This document shows, in pieces, positions 37,400 to 52,400 of a stretch of DNA of 64,000 nt (positions are counted from its first letter, which is position 1; each line of letters opens with the position of its first letter). Source of the DNA: Eledone cirrhosa. Lineage: Eukaryota. Position numbers and translations under genes: made by a program. The DNA is taken from NCBI GenBank assembly GCA_964016885.1, contig CAXHJY010000168.1, positions 1-64,000 on the forward strand. The letters run 5' to 3'. A model generated the notes under the pieces. It was not told where the DNA came from. It did not search any database and saw nothing but the letters and a program-made list of their open reading frames with translations.

Positions 37400-40300
37400 T
37401 ATTTTTTATTTGGGTGATCATTTTTTATTTGAGGGATACATTTTTTATTTGGGTGATCCATTTTTTATTTGGGTGATCCATTTTTTATTTGGGGGATCCA
37501 TTATTTATTTGGGTTATTCGTTTTTTATTTTGGTGATCCATTTTGTATTTGGGTGATCCATATTTTATTTGGGTAATCCATTTTTTATTTTGGGGATCCA
37601 TTTTTTATTTGGGTGATCCATTTTTTATTTGGGGGATCCATTTTTTATTTGGGGGATCCATTTTTTATTTGGGTGATCCATTTTTTATTTTGGGGATCCA
37701 TTTTTTATTTGGGTGATCCATTTTTTATTTGGGGGATCCATTTTTTATTTGGGTGATCCATTTTTTATTTGGGGATCCATTTTTTATTTGAGGGATCCAT
37801 TTTTTATTTGGGTGATCCATTTTTTATTTGAGTGATCCATTTTTTATTTGGGGGATCCATTTTTTATTTGGGTGATCCATTTTTTATTTGGGTGATCCAT
37901 TTTTTATGTGGGGGATCCATTTTTTATTTGGGTGATCCATTTTTTATTTGGGGGATCCATTTTTTATTTGGGGGATCCATTTTTTATTTGGGTGATCCAT
38001 TTTTTATTTGGGTGATCCATTTTTTATTTGGGTGATCCATTTTTTATTTGGGGGATCCATTTTTTATTTGGGTGATCCATTTTTTATTTGATTGATACAT
38101 TTTTTATTTGAGGGATCCATTTTTTCTTTGGGTGATCCATTTTTTATTTGGGTGATCCATTTTTTATTTGGGGGATCCATTTTTTATTTGGGTGATCCAT
38201 TTTTTATTTGGGTGATCCATTTTTTATTTGGGGGATCCACTTTTTATTTGGGTGATCCATTTTTTATTTGGGGGATCCATTTTTTATTTGGGGGATCCAT
38301 TTTTTATTTGGGTGATCCATTTTTTATTTGGGGAATCCATTTTTTATTTTGGGGATCCATTTTTTATTTGGGTGATCCATTTTTATTTGGGGGATCCATT
38401 TTTTATTTGGGGGATCCATTTTTTATTTGGGTGATCCATTTTTTATTTGGGGGATGCTTTTTTTATTTGGGGGATCCACTTTTTATTTGGGTGATCCATT
38501 TTTTATTTGGGGGATCCATTTTTTATTTGGGTGATCCATTTTTTATTTGGGGGATCCATTTTTTATTTGAGGGATCCATTTTTTATTTGAGTGATCCATT
38601 TTTTATTTCAGTGATCCATTTTTTATTTGGGGGATCCATTTTTTATTTGGGGGATCCATTTTTTATTTGGGTGATCCATTTTTTATTTGGGGGATCCATT
38701 TTTTATTTGGGTGATCCATTTTTTATTTGGGGGATCCATTTTTTATTTGGGTGATACATTTTTTATTTGGGGGATCCATTTTTTATTTGAGGGATCCATT
38801 TTTTATTTGGGTGATCCATTTTTTATTTGAGTGATCCATTTTTAATTGGGGGGATCCATTTTTTATTTGGGTGATCCATTTTTTATTTGGGTGATCCATT
38901 TTTTATTTGGGGGATCCATTTTTTATTTGGGTGATCCATTTTTTATTTGGGTGATCCATTTTTTATTTGGGGAATCCATTTTTTATTTTGGGGATCCATT
39001 TTTTATTTGGGTGATCCATTTTTTATTTGGGGGATCCATTTTTTATTTGGGGGATCCATTTTTTATTTGGGTGATCTATTTTTTATTTGGGGGATCCATT
39101 TTTTATTTGGGTGATCCATTTTTTATTTGGGTGATCCATTTTTTATTTGAGGGATCCATTTTTTATTTGGGTGATCCATTTTTTATTTGGGGGATCCATT
39201 ATTTATTTGGGTGATTCGTTTTTTATTTTGGTGATCCATTTTTTATTTGGGTGATCCATATTTTATTTGGGTGATCCATTTTTTATTTCGGGGATCCATT
39301 TTTTATTTGGGTGATCCATTTTTTATTTGGGGGATCCATTTTTCATTTGAGGGATCCATTTTTTATTTGGGTGATCCATTTTTTATTTGAGTGATCCATT
39401 TTTTATTGGGGGGATCCATTTTTTATTTGGGTGATCCATTTTTCATTTGGGGGATCCATTTTTTATTTGGGGGATCCATTTTTTATTTGGGTGATCCATT
39501 TTTTATTTGGGGGATCCATTTTTTATTTGGGGGATCCATTTTTTATTTGGGTGATCCATTTTTTATTTGGGTGATCCATTTTTTATTTGGGGAATCCATT
39601 TTTTATTTTGGGGATCCATTTTTTATTTGGGTGATCCATTTTTTATTTGGGGGATCCATTTTTTATTTGGGGGATCCATTTTTTATTTGGGTGATCCATT
39701 TTTTATTTGGGGGATCCATTTTTTATTTGGGTGATCCATTTTTTATTTGGGTGATCCATTTTTTATTTGAGGGATCCATTTTTTATTTGGGTGATCCATT
39801 TTTTATTTGGGGGATCCATTATTTATTTGGGTGATTCGTTTTTTATTTTGGTGATCCATTTTTTATTTGGGTGATTCATATTTTATTTGGGTGATCCATT
39901 TTTTATTTTGGGGATCCATTTTTTATTTGGGTGATCCATTTTTTATTTGGGGGATACATTTTTTATTTGGGGGATCCATTTTTTATTTGGGGGATCCATT
40001 TTTTATTTGAGGGATCCATTTTTTATTTGGGTGATCCATTTTTTATTTGAGTGATCCATTCTTTATTGGGGGGATCCATTTTTTATTTGGGTGATCCATT
40101 TTTTATTTGGGTGATCCATTTTTTATTTGGGGGATCCATTTTTTATTTGGGTGATCCATTTTTTATTTGGGGTTCCATTTTTTATTTGGGGGAATCCATT
40201 TTTTATTTGGGTGATCCATTTTTTATTTGGGCGATCCATTTTTTATTTGAGGGATCCATTTTTTATTTGGGTGATCCATTTTTTATTTGGGGGATCCATT

Positions 40301-43300
40301 ATTTATTTGGGTGATTCGTTTTTTATTTTGGTGATCCATTTTTTATTTGGGTGATCCATATTTTATTTGGGTGATCCATTTATTATTTTGGGGATCCATT
40401 TTTTATTTGGGTGATCCATTTTTTATTTGGGGGATACATTTTTTATTTGGGGGATCCATTTTTTATTTGGGTGATCCATTTTTTATTTGGGGATCCATTT
40501 TTTATTTGGGTGATCCATTTTTAATTTGGGGGATCCATTTTTTATTTGAGGGATCCATTTTTTATTTGGGTGATCCATTTTTTATTTGAGTGATCCATTT
40601 TTTATTGGGGGGATCCATTTTTTATTTGGGTGATCCATTTTTTATTTGGGTGATCCATTTTTTATTTGAGTGATCCATTTTTTATTGGGGGCATCCATTT
40701 TTTATTTGGGTGATCCATTTTTTATTTGGGTGATCCAATTTTTTATTTGGGGGATCCATTTTTTATTTGGGGGATCCATTTTTTATTTGGGGGATCCATT
40801 TTTTATTTGGGTGATCCATTTTTTATTTGGGGGCTCCATTTTTTATTTGGGTGATCCATTTTTTATTTGGGTGATCCATTTTTTATTTGGGGGATCCATT
40901 TTTTATTTGGGTGATCCATTTTTTATTTGATTGATCCATTTTTTATTTGAGGGATCGATTTTTTCTTTGGGTGATCCATTTTTTATTTGGGTGATCCATT
41001 TTTTATTTGGGGGATCCATTTTTTATTTGGGTGATCCATTTTTTTATTTGGGTGATCCATTTTTTATTTGGGGGATCCATTTTTTATATGGGTGATCCAT
41101 TTTTTATTTGGGGGATCCATTTTATATTTGGGGATCCATTTTTTATTTGGGTGATCCATTTTTTATTTGGGGGATCCATTTTTTATTTGGGGGATCCATT
41201 TTTTATTTGGGTGATCCATTTTTTATTTGGGTGATCCATTTTTTATTTGGGGGATCCATTTTTTATTTGGGTGATCCATTTTTTATTTGATTGATCCATT
41301 AATTATTTGAGGGATCCATTTTTTCTTTGGGTGATCCATCTTTTCTTTGGGTGATCCATTTTTTATTTGGGGGATCCATTTTTTATTTGGGTGATCCATT
41401 TTTTATTTGGGTGATCCATTTTTTATTTGGGGGATCCACTTTTTATTTGGGGTATCCATTTTTTATTTGGGGGATCCATATTTTATTTGGGGGATCCATT
41501 TTTTATTTGGGTGATCCATTTTTTATTTGGGTGATCCATTTTTTATTTGGGTGATCCATTTTTTATTTGGGTGATCCATTTTTTATTTGGGTGATCCATT
41601 TTTTATTTGGGTGATCCATTTTTTATTTGGGTGATCCATTTTTTATTTGGGTGATCCATTTTTTATTTTGGGGATCCATTTCTTATTTGGGTGATCCATT
41701 TTTTATTTGGGGGATCCATTTTTTATTTGGGGGATCCATTTTTTATTTGGGTGATCCATTTTTTATTTGGGGGATCCATTTTTTATTTGGGTGATCCATT
41801 TTTTATTTGGGTGATCCATTTTTTAGTTGGGTGATCCATTTTTTATTTGGGGGATCCATTTTTTATTTGGGTGATCCATTTTTTATTTGGGTGATCCAAT
41901 TTTTATTTGGGGAATCCATTTTTTATTTGGGTGATCCATTTTTTATTTGGGGGATCCATTTTTTATTTGGGTGGTCCATTTTTTATTTGGGTGATCCATT
42001 ATTTTATTGGGGGGATCCATTTTTTATTTGGGTGATCCATTTTTTATTTGGGTGATACATTTTTTATTTGGGGGATCCATTTTTTATTTGGGTGATCCAT
42101 TTTTTATTTGTGTGATCCATTTTTTATTTGGGTGATCCATTTTTTATTTGGGTGATCCATTTTTTATTTGGGGGATCCATTTTTTATTTGGGTGATCCAT
42201 TTTTTATTTGGGGGATCCATTTTTTATTTGGGTGATCCATTTTTTATATGAGGGATCCATTTTTTATTTGGGTGATCCATTTTTTATTTGGGTGAACCAT
42301 TTTTTATTTGGGTGATCCATTTTTTATTTGAGAGATTCATTTTTTATTTGGGTGATCCATTTTTTATTTGGGTGATCCATTTTTGATTTGGGGGATCCAT
42401 TTTTTATTTGGGTGATCCCTTTTTTATTTGGGTGATCTATTTTTTATTTGGGGTTTCCTTTTTTATTTGGGTGATCCATTTTTTATTTGGGGTATCCATT
42501 TTTTATTTGGGGGATCCATTTTTTATTTGGGTGATCCATTTTTTATTTGGGGGATCCATTTTTTATTTGGGGGATCCATTTTTTATTTGGGTGATCCATT
42601 TTTCATTTGTGGGATCCATTTTTTATTTGGGTGATCCATTTTTTACTTGGGTGATCCATTTTTTATTTGAGGGATGCATTTTTTATTTGGGTGATCCATT
42701 TTTTATTTGGGTGATCCATTTTTTATTTGGGGGGATCCATTTTTTATTAGGGTGATCCATATTTTATTTGGGTGATACATTTTTTATTTTGGGGATCCAT
42801 TTTTTATTTGGGTGATCCATTTTTATTTGGGGGATCCATTTTTTATTTGGGGGATCCATTTTTCATTTGGGTGATCCATATTTTATTTGGGGGATCCATT
42901 TTTTATTTGGGTGATCCATTTTATATTTGGGTGATCCATTTTTTATTTGAGGGATCCATTTTTTATTTGGGTGATCCATTTTTTATTTGGGTGATCCATT
43001 TTTTATTTGGGGGATCCATTTTTTATTTGGGTGATCCATTTTTTATTTGGGTGATCCATTTTTTTATTTGGGGGATCCATTTTTTATTTGGGTGATCCAT
43101 TTTTTATTTGGGGGATCCATTTCTTATTTGGGTGATCCATTTTTTATTTGGGTGATCCATTTTTTATTTGGGGGATCAAGTTTTTATTTGGGGGATCCAT
43201 TTTTTATTTGGGTGATCCATTTTTTATTTGGGGGATCCATTTTTGATTTGGGTGATCCATTTTTTATTTGGGTGATCCATTTTTTATTTGGGTGATCCAT

Positions 43301-46300
43301 TTTTTATTTGGATGATCCATTTTTTACTTGGGTGATACATTTTTTATTTGGGGGATCCATTTTTTATTTGGGTCATCCATTTTTTATTTGGGGGATCCAT
43401 TTTTTATTTGGGTGATCCATTTTTTATTTGGGTGATCCATTTTTTATTTGGGGGATCCATTTTTTATTTGGGTGATCCATTTTTTATTTGGGTGATCCAT
43501 TTTTTATTTGGGTGATCCATTTTTTATTTGGGTGATCCATTTTTTATTTGGATGATCCATTTTTTATTTGGGTGATCCATTTTTTATTTGGAGGATCCAT
43601 TTTTTATTTGGGTGATCCATTTTTTATTTGGGGGATCCATTTTTTATTTGGTGGATCCATTTTTTATTTGGGTGATCCATTTTTTATTTGGGGGATCCAT
43701 TTTTTATTTGGGTGATCCATTTTTTATTTGGGGGATCCATTTTTTATTTGGGTGATCCCTTTTTTATTTGGGTGATCTATTTTTTATTTGGGGTTTCCTT
43801 TTTTATTTGGGTGATCCATTTTTTATTTGGGGTATCCATTTTTTATTTGGGGGATCCATTTTTTATTTGGGTGATCCATTTTTTATTTGGGGGATCCATT
43901 TTTTATTTGGGGGATCCATTTTTTATTTGGGTGATCCATTTTTCATTTGTGGGATCCATTTTTTATTTGAGGGATCCATTTTTTATTTGGGTGATCCATT
44001 TTTTATTTGGGTGATCCATTTTTTATTTGGGGGATCCATTTTTTATTTGGGTGATCCATTTTTTATTTGGGTGATCCATTTTTTTATTTGGGGGATCCAT
44101 TTTTTATTTGGGTGATCCATTTTTTATTTGGGGGATCCATTTTTTATTTGGGTGATCCATTTTTTATTTTGGGGATCCATTTTTTATTTGGGTGATCCAT
44201 TTTTATTTGGGGGATCCATTTTTTATTTGGGTGATCCATTTTTTATTTGGGTGATCCATTTTTTTATTTGGGGGATCCATTTTTTATTTGGGTGATCCAT
44301 TTTTTATTTGGGGGATCCATTTCTTATTTGGGTGATCCATTTTTTATTTGGGTGATCCATTTTTTATTTGGGGGATCCAGTTTTTATTTGGGGGATCCAT
44401 TTTTTATTTGGGTGATCCATTTTTTATTTGGGGGATCCATTTTTGATTTGGGTGATCCATTTTTTATTTGGGTGATCCATTTTTTATTTGGGTGATCCAT
44501 TTTTTATTTGGATGATCCATTTTTTACTTGGGTGATACATTTTTTATTTGGGGGATCCATTTTTTATTTGGGTGATCCATTTTTTATTTGGGTGATCCAA
44601 TTTTTATTTGGGGAATCCATTTTTTATTTGGGTGATCCATTTTTTATTTGGGGGATCCATTTTTTATTTGGGTGGTCCATTTTTTATTTGGGTGATCCAT
44701 TATTTTATTGGGGGGATCCATTTTTTATTTGGGTGATCCATTTTTTATTTGGGTGATACATTTTTTATTTGGGGGATCCATTTTTTATTTGGGTGATCCA
44801 TTTTTTATTTGTGTGATCCATTTTTTATTTGGGTGATCCATTTTTTATTTGGGTGATCCATTTTTTATTTGGGGGATCCATTTTTTATTTGGGTGATCCA
44901 TTTTTTATTTGGGGGATCCATTTTTTATTTGGGTGATCCATTTTTTATATGAGGGATCCATTTTTTATTTGGGTGATCCATTTTTTATTTGGGTGAACCA
45001 TTTTTTATTTGGGTGATCCATTTTTTATTTGAGAGATTCATTTTTTATTTGGGTGATCCATTTTTTATTTGGGTGATCCATTTTTGATTTGGGGGATCCA
45101 TTTTTTATTTGGGTGATCCCTTTTTTATTTGGGTGATCTATTTTTTATTTGGGGTTTCCTTTTTTATTTGGGTGATCCATTTTTTATTTGGGGTATCCAT
45201 TTTTTATTTGGGGGATCCATTTTTTATTTGGGTGATCCATTTTTTATTTGGGGGATCCATTTTTTATTTGGGGGATCCATTTTTTATTTGGGTGATCCAT
45301 TTTTCATTTGTGGGATCCATTTTTTATTTGGGTGATCCATTTTTTACTTGGGTGATCCATTTTTTATTTGAGGGATGCATTTTTTATTTGGGTGATCCAT
45401 TTTTTATTTGGGTGATCCATTTTTTATTTGGGGGGATCCATTTTTTATTAGGGTGATCCATATTTTATTTGGGTGATACATTTTTTATTTTGGGGATCCA
45501 TTTTTTATTTGGGTGATCCATTTTTATTTGGGGGATCCATTTTTTATTTGGGGGATCCATTTTTCATTTGGGTGATCCATATTTTATTTGGGGGATCCAT
45601 TTTTTATTTGGGTGATCCATTTTATATTTGGGTGATCCATTTTTTATTTGAGGGATCCATTTTTTATTTGGGTGATCCATTTTTTATTTGGGTGATCCAT
45701 TTTTTATTTGGGGGATCCATTTTTTATTTGGGTGATCCATTTTTTATTTGGGTGATCCATTTTTTTATTTGGGGGATCCATTTTTTATTTGGGTGATCCA
45801 TTTTTTATTTGGGGGATCCATTTCTTATTTGGGTGATCCATTTTTTATTTGGGTGATCCATTTTTTATTTGGGGGATCAAGTTTTTATTTGGGGGATCCA
45901 TTTTTTATTTGGGTGATCCATTTTTTATTTGGGGGATCCATTTTTGATTTGGGTGATCCATTTTTTATTTGGGTGATCCATTTTTTATTTGGGTGATCCA
46001 TTTTTTATTTGGATGATCCATTTTTTACTTGGGTGATACATTTTTTATTTGGGGGATCCATTTTTTATTTGGGTCATCCATTTTTTATTTGGGGGATCCA
46101 TTTTTTATTTGGGTGATCCATTTTTTATTTGGGTGATCCATTTTTTATTTGGGGGATCCATTTTTTATTTGGGTGATCCATTTTTTATTTGGGTGATCCA
46201 TTTTTTATTTGGGTGATCCATTTTTTATTTGGGTGATCCATTTTTTATTTGGATGATCCATTTTTTATTTGGGTGATCCATTTTTTATTTGGAGGATCCA

Positions 46301-49300
46301 TTTTTTATTTGGGTGATCCATTTTTTATTTGGGGGATCCATTTTTTATTTGGTGGATCCATTTTTTATTTGGGTGATCCATTTTTTATTTGGGGGATCCA
46401 TTTTTTATTTGGGTGATCCATTTTTTATTTGGGGGATCCATTTTTTATTTGGGTGATCCCTTTTTTATTTGGGTGATCTATTTTTTATTTGGGGTTTCCT
46501 TTTTTATTTGGGTGATCCATTTTTTATTTGGGGTATCCATTTTTTATTTGGGGGATCCATTTTTTATTTGGGTGATCCATTTTTTATTTGGGGGATCCAT
46601 TTTTTATTTGGGGGATCCATTTTTTATTTGGGTGATCCATTTTTCATTTGTGGGATCCATTTTTTATTTGAGGGATCCATTTTTTATTTGGGTGATCCAT
46701 TTTTTATTTGGGTGATCCATTTTTTATTTGGGGGATCCATTTTTTATTTGGGTGATCCATTTTTTATTTGGGTGATCCATTTTTTTATTTGGGGGATCCA
46801 TTTTTTATTTGGGTGATCCATTTTTTATTTGGGGGATCCATTTTTTATTTGGGTGATCCATTTTTTATTTTGGGGATCCATTTTTTATTTGGGTGATCCA
46901 TTTTTATTTGGGGGATCCATTTTTTATTTGGGTGATCCATTTTTTATTTGGGTGATCCATTTTTTTATTTGGGGGATCCATTTTTTATTTGGGTGATCCA
47001 TTTTTTATTTGGGGGATCCATTTCTTATTTGGGTGATTCTTTTTTTATTTGGGTGATCCATTTTTTATTTGGGGGATCCAGTTTTTATTTGGGGGATCCA
47101 TTTTTTATTTGGGTGATCCATTTTTTATTTGGGGGATCCATTTTTGATTTGGGTGATCCATTTTTTATTTGGGTGATCCATTTTTTATTTGGGTGATCCA
47201 TTTTTTATTTGGATGATCCATTTTTTACTTGGGTGATACATTTTTTATTTGGGGGATCCATTTTTTATTTGGGTCATCCATTTTTTATTTGGGGGATCCA
47301 TTTTTTATTTGGGTGATCCATTTTTTATTTGGGTGATCCATTTTTTATTTGGGGGATCCATTTTTTATTTGGGTGATCCATTTTTTATTTGGGTGATCCA
47401 TTTTTTATTTGGGTGATCCATTTTTTATTTGGGTGATCCATTTTTTATTTGGATGATCCATTTTTTATTTGGGTGATCCATTTTTTATTTGGAGGATCCA
47501 TTTTTTATTTGGGTGATCCATTTTTTATTTGGGGGATCCATTTTTTATTTGGTGGATCCATTTTTTATTTGGGTGATCCATTTTTTATTTGGGGGATCCA
47601 TTTTTTATTTGGGTGATCCATTTTTTATTTGGGTGATCCATTTTTTATTTGGGGGATCCATTTTTTAATTGGGTGATCCATTTTTTATTTGGGTGATCCA
47701 TATTTTATTTGGGTGATCCATTTTTTATTTTGGGGATCCATTTTTTATTTGGGTGATCCATTTTTTATTTGGGGGATCCATTTTTTATTTGGGGGATCCA
47801 TTTTTTATTTGAGTGATCCATTTTTTATTTGGGGGATCCATTTTTTATTTGGGGGATCCATTTTTTATTTGGGTGATCCATTTTTTATTTGGGTGATCCA
47901 TTTTTTATTTGGGCGATGCATTTTTTATTTGGGGGATCCATTTTCTATTTGGGTGATCCAATTTTTATTTGGGTGATCCATTTTTTATTTGGGGGATCCA
48001 TTTTTTATTGGGGGGATCCATTTTTTATTTGGGGGGATCCATTTTTTATTTGGGGGATCCATTTTTTATTTAGGTGATCCATTTTTTATTTGGGCGATCC
48101 AGTTTTTATTTGGGGGATCCAGTTTTTATTTGGGTGATCCATTTTTTATTCGGGTGATCCATTTTTTATTTGCGTGATCCATTTTTTATTAGGGTGATCC
48201 ATTTTTTATTTGGGTGATCCATTTTTTATTTGGGGGATCTGTAGTGACCTACATTCCGCGGGCTCACATACATTCTCTGTGCGTGATTTGGCTCAGTTCA
48301 GCCAATCAGCGCCTGTAGAAGAGGATGTATCCCTACGCGCCCTGAGGAAGAAATTCACCGCGAAGATTTGAAGAATCTCGGTCTTGTACCGGAAACTTCA
48401 AGCCAGCAACACGCATAATGTAACAGTGAGATATTGCACCCCTAGCCTCGCCGGCTTAACGGCGCAATAGCACATTCCCTAATGTAACCTCTTTTTATCT
48501 GTAACTTCAACCATATAAATAAACAAACATTTCATCTCTAATTACTGCAGTTGAAGTCGTTGTTATGTTACTCCTGTCTCAATGACATCTTTAATCCATG
48601 CTGCTGGAATTGGCGACCTGACGAAAGGAATATTGTAAATAGATGGTAAATAGATCATGGGACCTTCCCTCACGTCTATGCCGACAAGATAATCCAACGA
48701 GGATACTATCACTTACCACACTGGCAACTAAAGACCACTGATTCTACCACCCTGCTAAAGTGGCAATAACATCTACAACTAATACTGCTAAAGATCCATT
48801 TTTTATTTGGGGGATCCATTTTTTATTTGAGAGATTCATTTTTTATTTGGGTGATCCATTTTTTATTTGGGTGATCCATTTTTGATTTGGGGGATCCATT
48901 TTTTATTTGGGTGATTCCTTTTTTATTTGGGTGATCTATTTTTTATTTGGGGGATCCTTTTTTATTTGGGTGATCCATTTTTTATTTGGGGTATCCATTT
49001 TTTATTTGGGGGATCCATTTTTTATTTGGGTGATCCATTTTTTATTTGGGGGATCCATTTTTTATTTGGGGGATCCATTTTTTATTTGGGTGATCCATTT
49101 TTCATTTGTGGGATCCATTTTTTATTTGGGTGATCCATTTTTTACTTGGGTGATCCATTTTTTATTTGAGGGATGCATTTTTTATTTGGGTGATCCATTC
49201 TTTATTTGGGTGAACCATTTTTTATTTGGGGGGATCCATTTTTTATTAGGGTGATCCATATTTTATTTGGGTGATACATTTTTTATTTTGGGGATCCATT

Positions 49301-49480
49301 TTTTATTTGGGTGATCCATTTTTATTTGGGGGATCCATTTTTTATTTGGGGGATCCATTTTTCATTTGGGTGATCCATATTTTATTTGGGGGATCCATTT
49401 TTTATTTGGGTGATCCATTTTTTATTTGGGGGATCCATTTTTTATTTGAGGGATCCATTTTTTATTTGGGTGATCCATTT
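37400..49480 (+). repeat. Third near-identical copy of block ~1120-10680 including the insert, containing a 2701-bp tandem duplication
   Basis: ORF offsets of 36279/36280 (1813 to 38092, through 7408 to 43688), then 38801 (8888 to 47689; insert 9439 to 48240). Ends are approximate. Confidence 0.88.
48240..48792 (+). mobile_element. 553-bp LTR-like remnant, copy 3
   Basis: Matches copy 1 except A>T at 48314 (element position 75). GATC at 48236-48239 and 48793-48796. Confidence 0.72.
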
Positions 49481-52400
49481 TTTATTTGAGTGATCCATTT
49501 TTTATTGGGGGGATCCATTTTTTATTTGGGTGATCCATTTTTCATTTGGGGGATCCATTTTTTATTTGGGGGATCCATTTTTTATTTGGGTGATCCATTT
49601 TTTATTTGGGGGATCCATTTTTTATTTGGGGGATCCTTTTTTTATTTGGGTGATCCATTTTTTATTTGGGTGATCCATTTTTTATTTCGGGAATCCATTT
49701 TTTATTTTGGGGATCCATTTTTTATTTGGGTGATCCATTTTTTATTTGGGGGATCCATTTTTTATTTGGGGGATCCATTTTTTATTTGGGTGATCCATAT
49801 TTTATTTGGGGGATCCATTTTTTATTTGGGTGATCCATTTTTTATTTGGGTGATCCGTTTTTTATTTGAGGGATCCATTTTTTATTTGGGTGATCCATTT
49901 TTTATTTGGGGGATCCATTATTTATTTGGGTGATTCGTTTTTTATTTTGGTGATCCATTTTTTATTTGGGTGATCCATATTTTATTTGGGTGATCCATTT
50001 TTTATTTTGGGGATCCATTTTTTATTTGGGTGATCCATTTTTTATTTGGGGGATACATTTTTTATTTGGGGGATCCATTTTTTATTTGGGTGATCCATTT
50101 TTTATTTGGGGGATCCATTTTTTATTTGGGTGATCCATTTTTTATTTGGGGGATCCATTTTTTATTTGAGGGATCCATTTTTTATTTGGGTGATCCATTT
50201 TTTATTTGAGTGATCCATTTTTTATTGGGGGGATCCATTTTTTATTTGGGTGATCCATTTTTTATTTGGGTGATCCATTTTTTATTTGGGGGATCCATTT
50301 TTTATTTGGGTGATCCATTTTTTATTTGGGGTTCCATTTTTTATTTGGGGGATCCATTTTTTATTTGGGTGATCCATTTTTTATTTGGGCGATCCATTTT
50401 TTATTTGAGGGATCCATTTTTTATTTGGGTGATCCATTTTTTATTTGGGGGATCCATTATTTATTTGGGTGATTCGTTTTTTATTTGGGTGATCCATATT
50501 TTATTTGGGTGATCCATTTATTATTTTGGGGATCCATTTTTTATTTGGGTGATCCATTTTTTATTTGGGGGATACATTTTTTATTTTGGGGATCCATTTT
50601 TTATTTGGGTGATCCATTTTTTATTTGGGGGATACATTTTTTATTTGGGGGATCCATTTTTTATTTGGGTGATCCATTTTTTATTTGGGGGATCCATTTT
50701 TTATTTGAGGGATCCATTTTTTATTTGGGTGATCCATTTTTTATTTGAGTGATCCATTTTTTATTGGGGGGATCCATTTTTTATTTGGGTGATCCATTTT
50801 TTATTTGGGTGATCCATTTTTTATTTGAGTGATCCATTTTTTATTGGGGGGATCCATTTTTTATTTGGGTGATCCATTTTTTATTTGGGTGATCCAATTT
50901 TTTATTTGGGGGATCCATTTTTTATTTGGGTGATCCATTTTTTATTTGGGGGATCCATTTTTTATTTGGGGGATCCATTTTTTATTTGGGTGATCCATTT
51001 TTTACTTGGGGGCTCCATTTTTTATTTGGGTGATCCATTTTTTATTTGGGTGATCCATTTTTTATTTGGGGGATCCATTTTTTATTTGGGTGATCCATTT
51101 TTTATTTGATTGATCCATTTCTTATTTGAGGGATCCATTTTTTCTTTGGGTGATCCATTTTTTATTTGGGTGATCCATTTTTTATTTGGGGGATCCATTT
51201 TTTATTTGGGTGATCCATTTTTTATTTGGGTGATCCATTTTTTATTTGGGGGATCCATTTTTTATTTGGGTGATCCATTTTTTATTTGGGGGATCCATTT
51301 TATATTTGGGGATCCATTTTATATTTGGGTGATCCATTTTTTATTTGGGGGATCCATTTTTTATTTGGGTGATCCATTTTTTATTTTGGTGATCCATTTT
51401 TTATTTGGGGGATCGATTTTTTATTTGGGTGATCCATTTTTTATTTGATTGATCCATTATTTATTTGAGGGATCCATTTTTTCTTTGGGTGATCCATCTT
51501 TTCTTTGGGTGATACATTTTTTATTTGGGGGATCCATTTTTTATTTGGGTGATCCATTTTTTATTTGGGTGATCCATTTTTTATTTGGGGGATCCACTTT
51601 TTATTTGGGGTATCCATTTTTTATTTGGGGGATCCATATTTTATTTGGGGGATCCATTTTTTATTTGGGTGATCCATTTTTTATTTGGGTGATCCATTTT
51701 TTATTTGGGTGATCCATTTTTTATTTGGGGGATCCATTTTTTATTTGGGTGATCCATTTTTTATTTGGGTGATCCATTTTTTATTTGAGGGATCCATTTT
51801 TTATTTGGGTGATCCATTTTTTATTTTGGGGATCCATTTCTTATTTGGGTGATCCATTTTTTATTTGGGGGATCCATTTTTTATTTGGGGGATCCATTTT
51901 TTATTTGGGTGATCCATTTTTTATTTGGGGGATCCATTTTTTATTTGGGTGATCCATTTTTTATTTGGGTGATCCATTTTTTATTTGGGTGATCCATTTT
52001 TTATTTGGGGGATCCATTTTTTATTTGGGTGATCCATTTTTTATTTGGGTGATCCATTTTTTATTTGGGGAATCCATTTTTTATTTTGGGGATCCATTTT
52101 TTATTTGGGGGATCCATTTTTTATTTGGGTGATCCATTTTTTATTTGGGTGATCCATTATTTTATTTGGGGGATCCATTTTTTATTTGGGGGATCCATTT
52201 TTTATTTGGGTGATACATTTTTTATTTGGGGGATCCATTTTTTATTTGGGTGATCCATTTTTTATTTGTGTGATCCATTTTTTATTTGGGTGATCCATTT
52301 TTTATTTGGGTGATCCATTTTTTATTTGGGGGATCCATTATTTATTTGGGTGATCCATTTTTTATTTGGGTGATCCATTTTTTATTTGGGTGATCCATTT

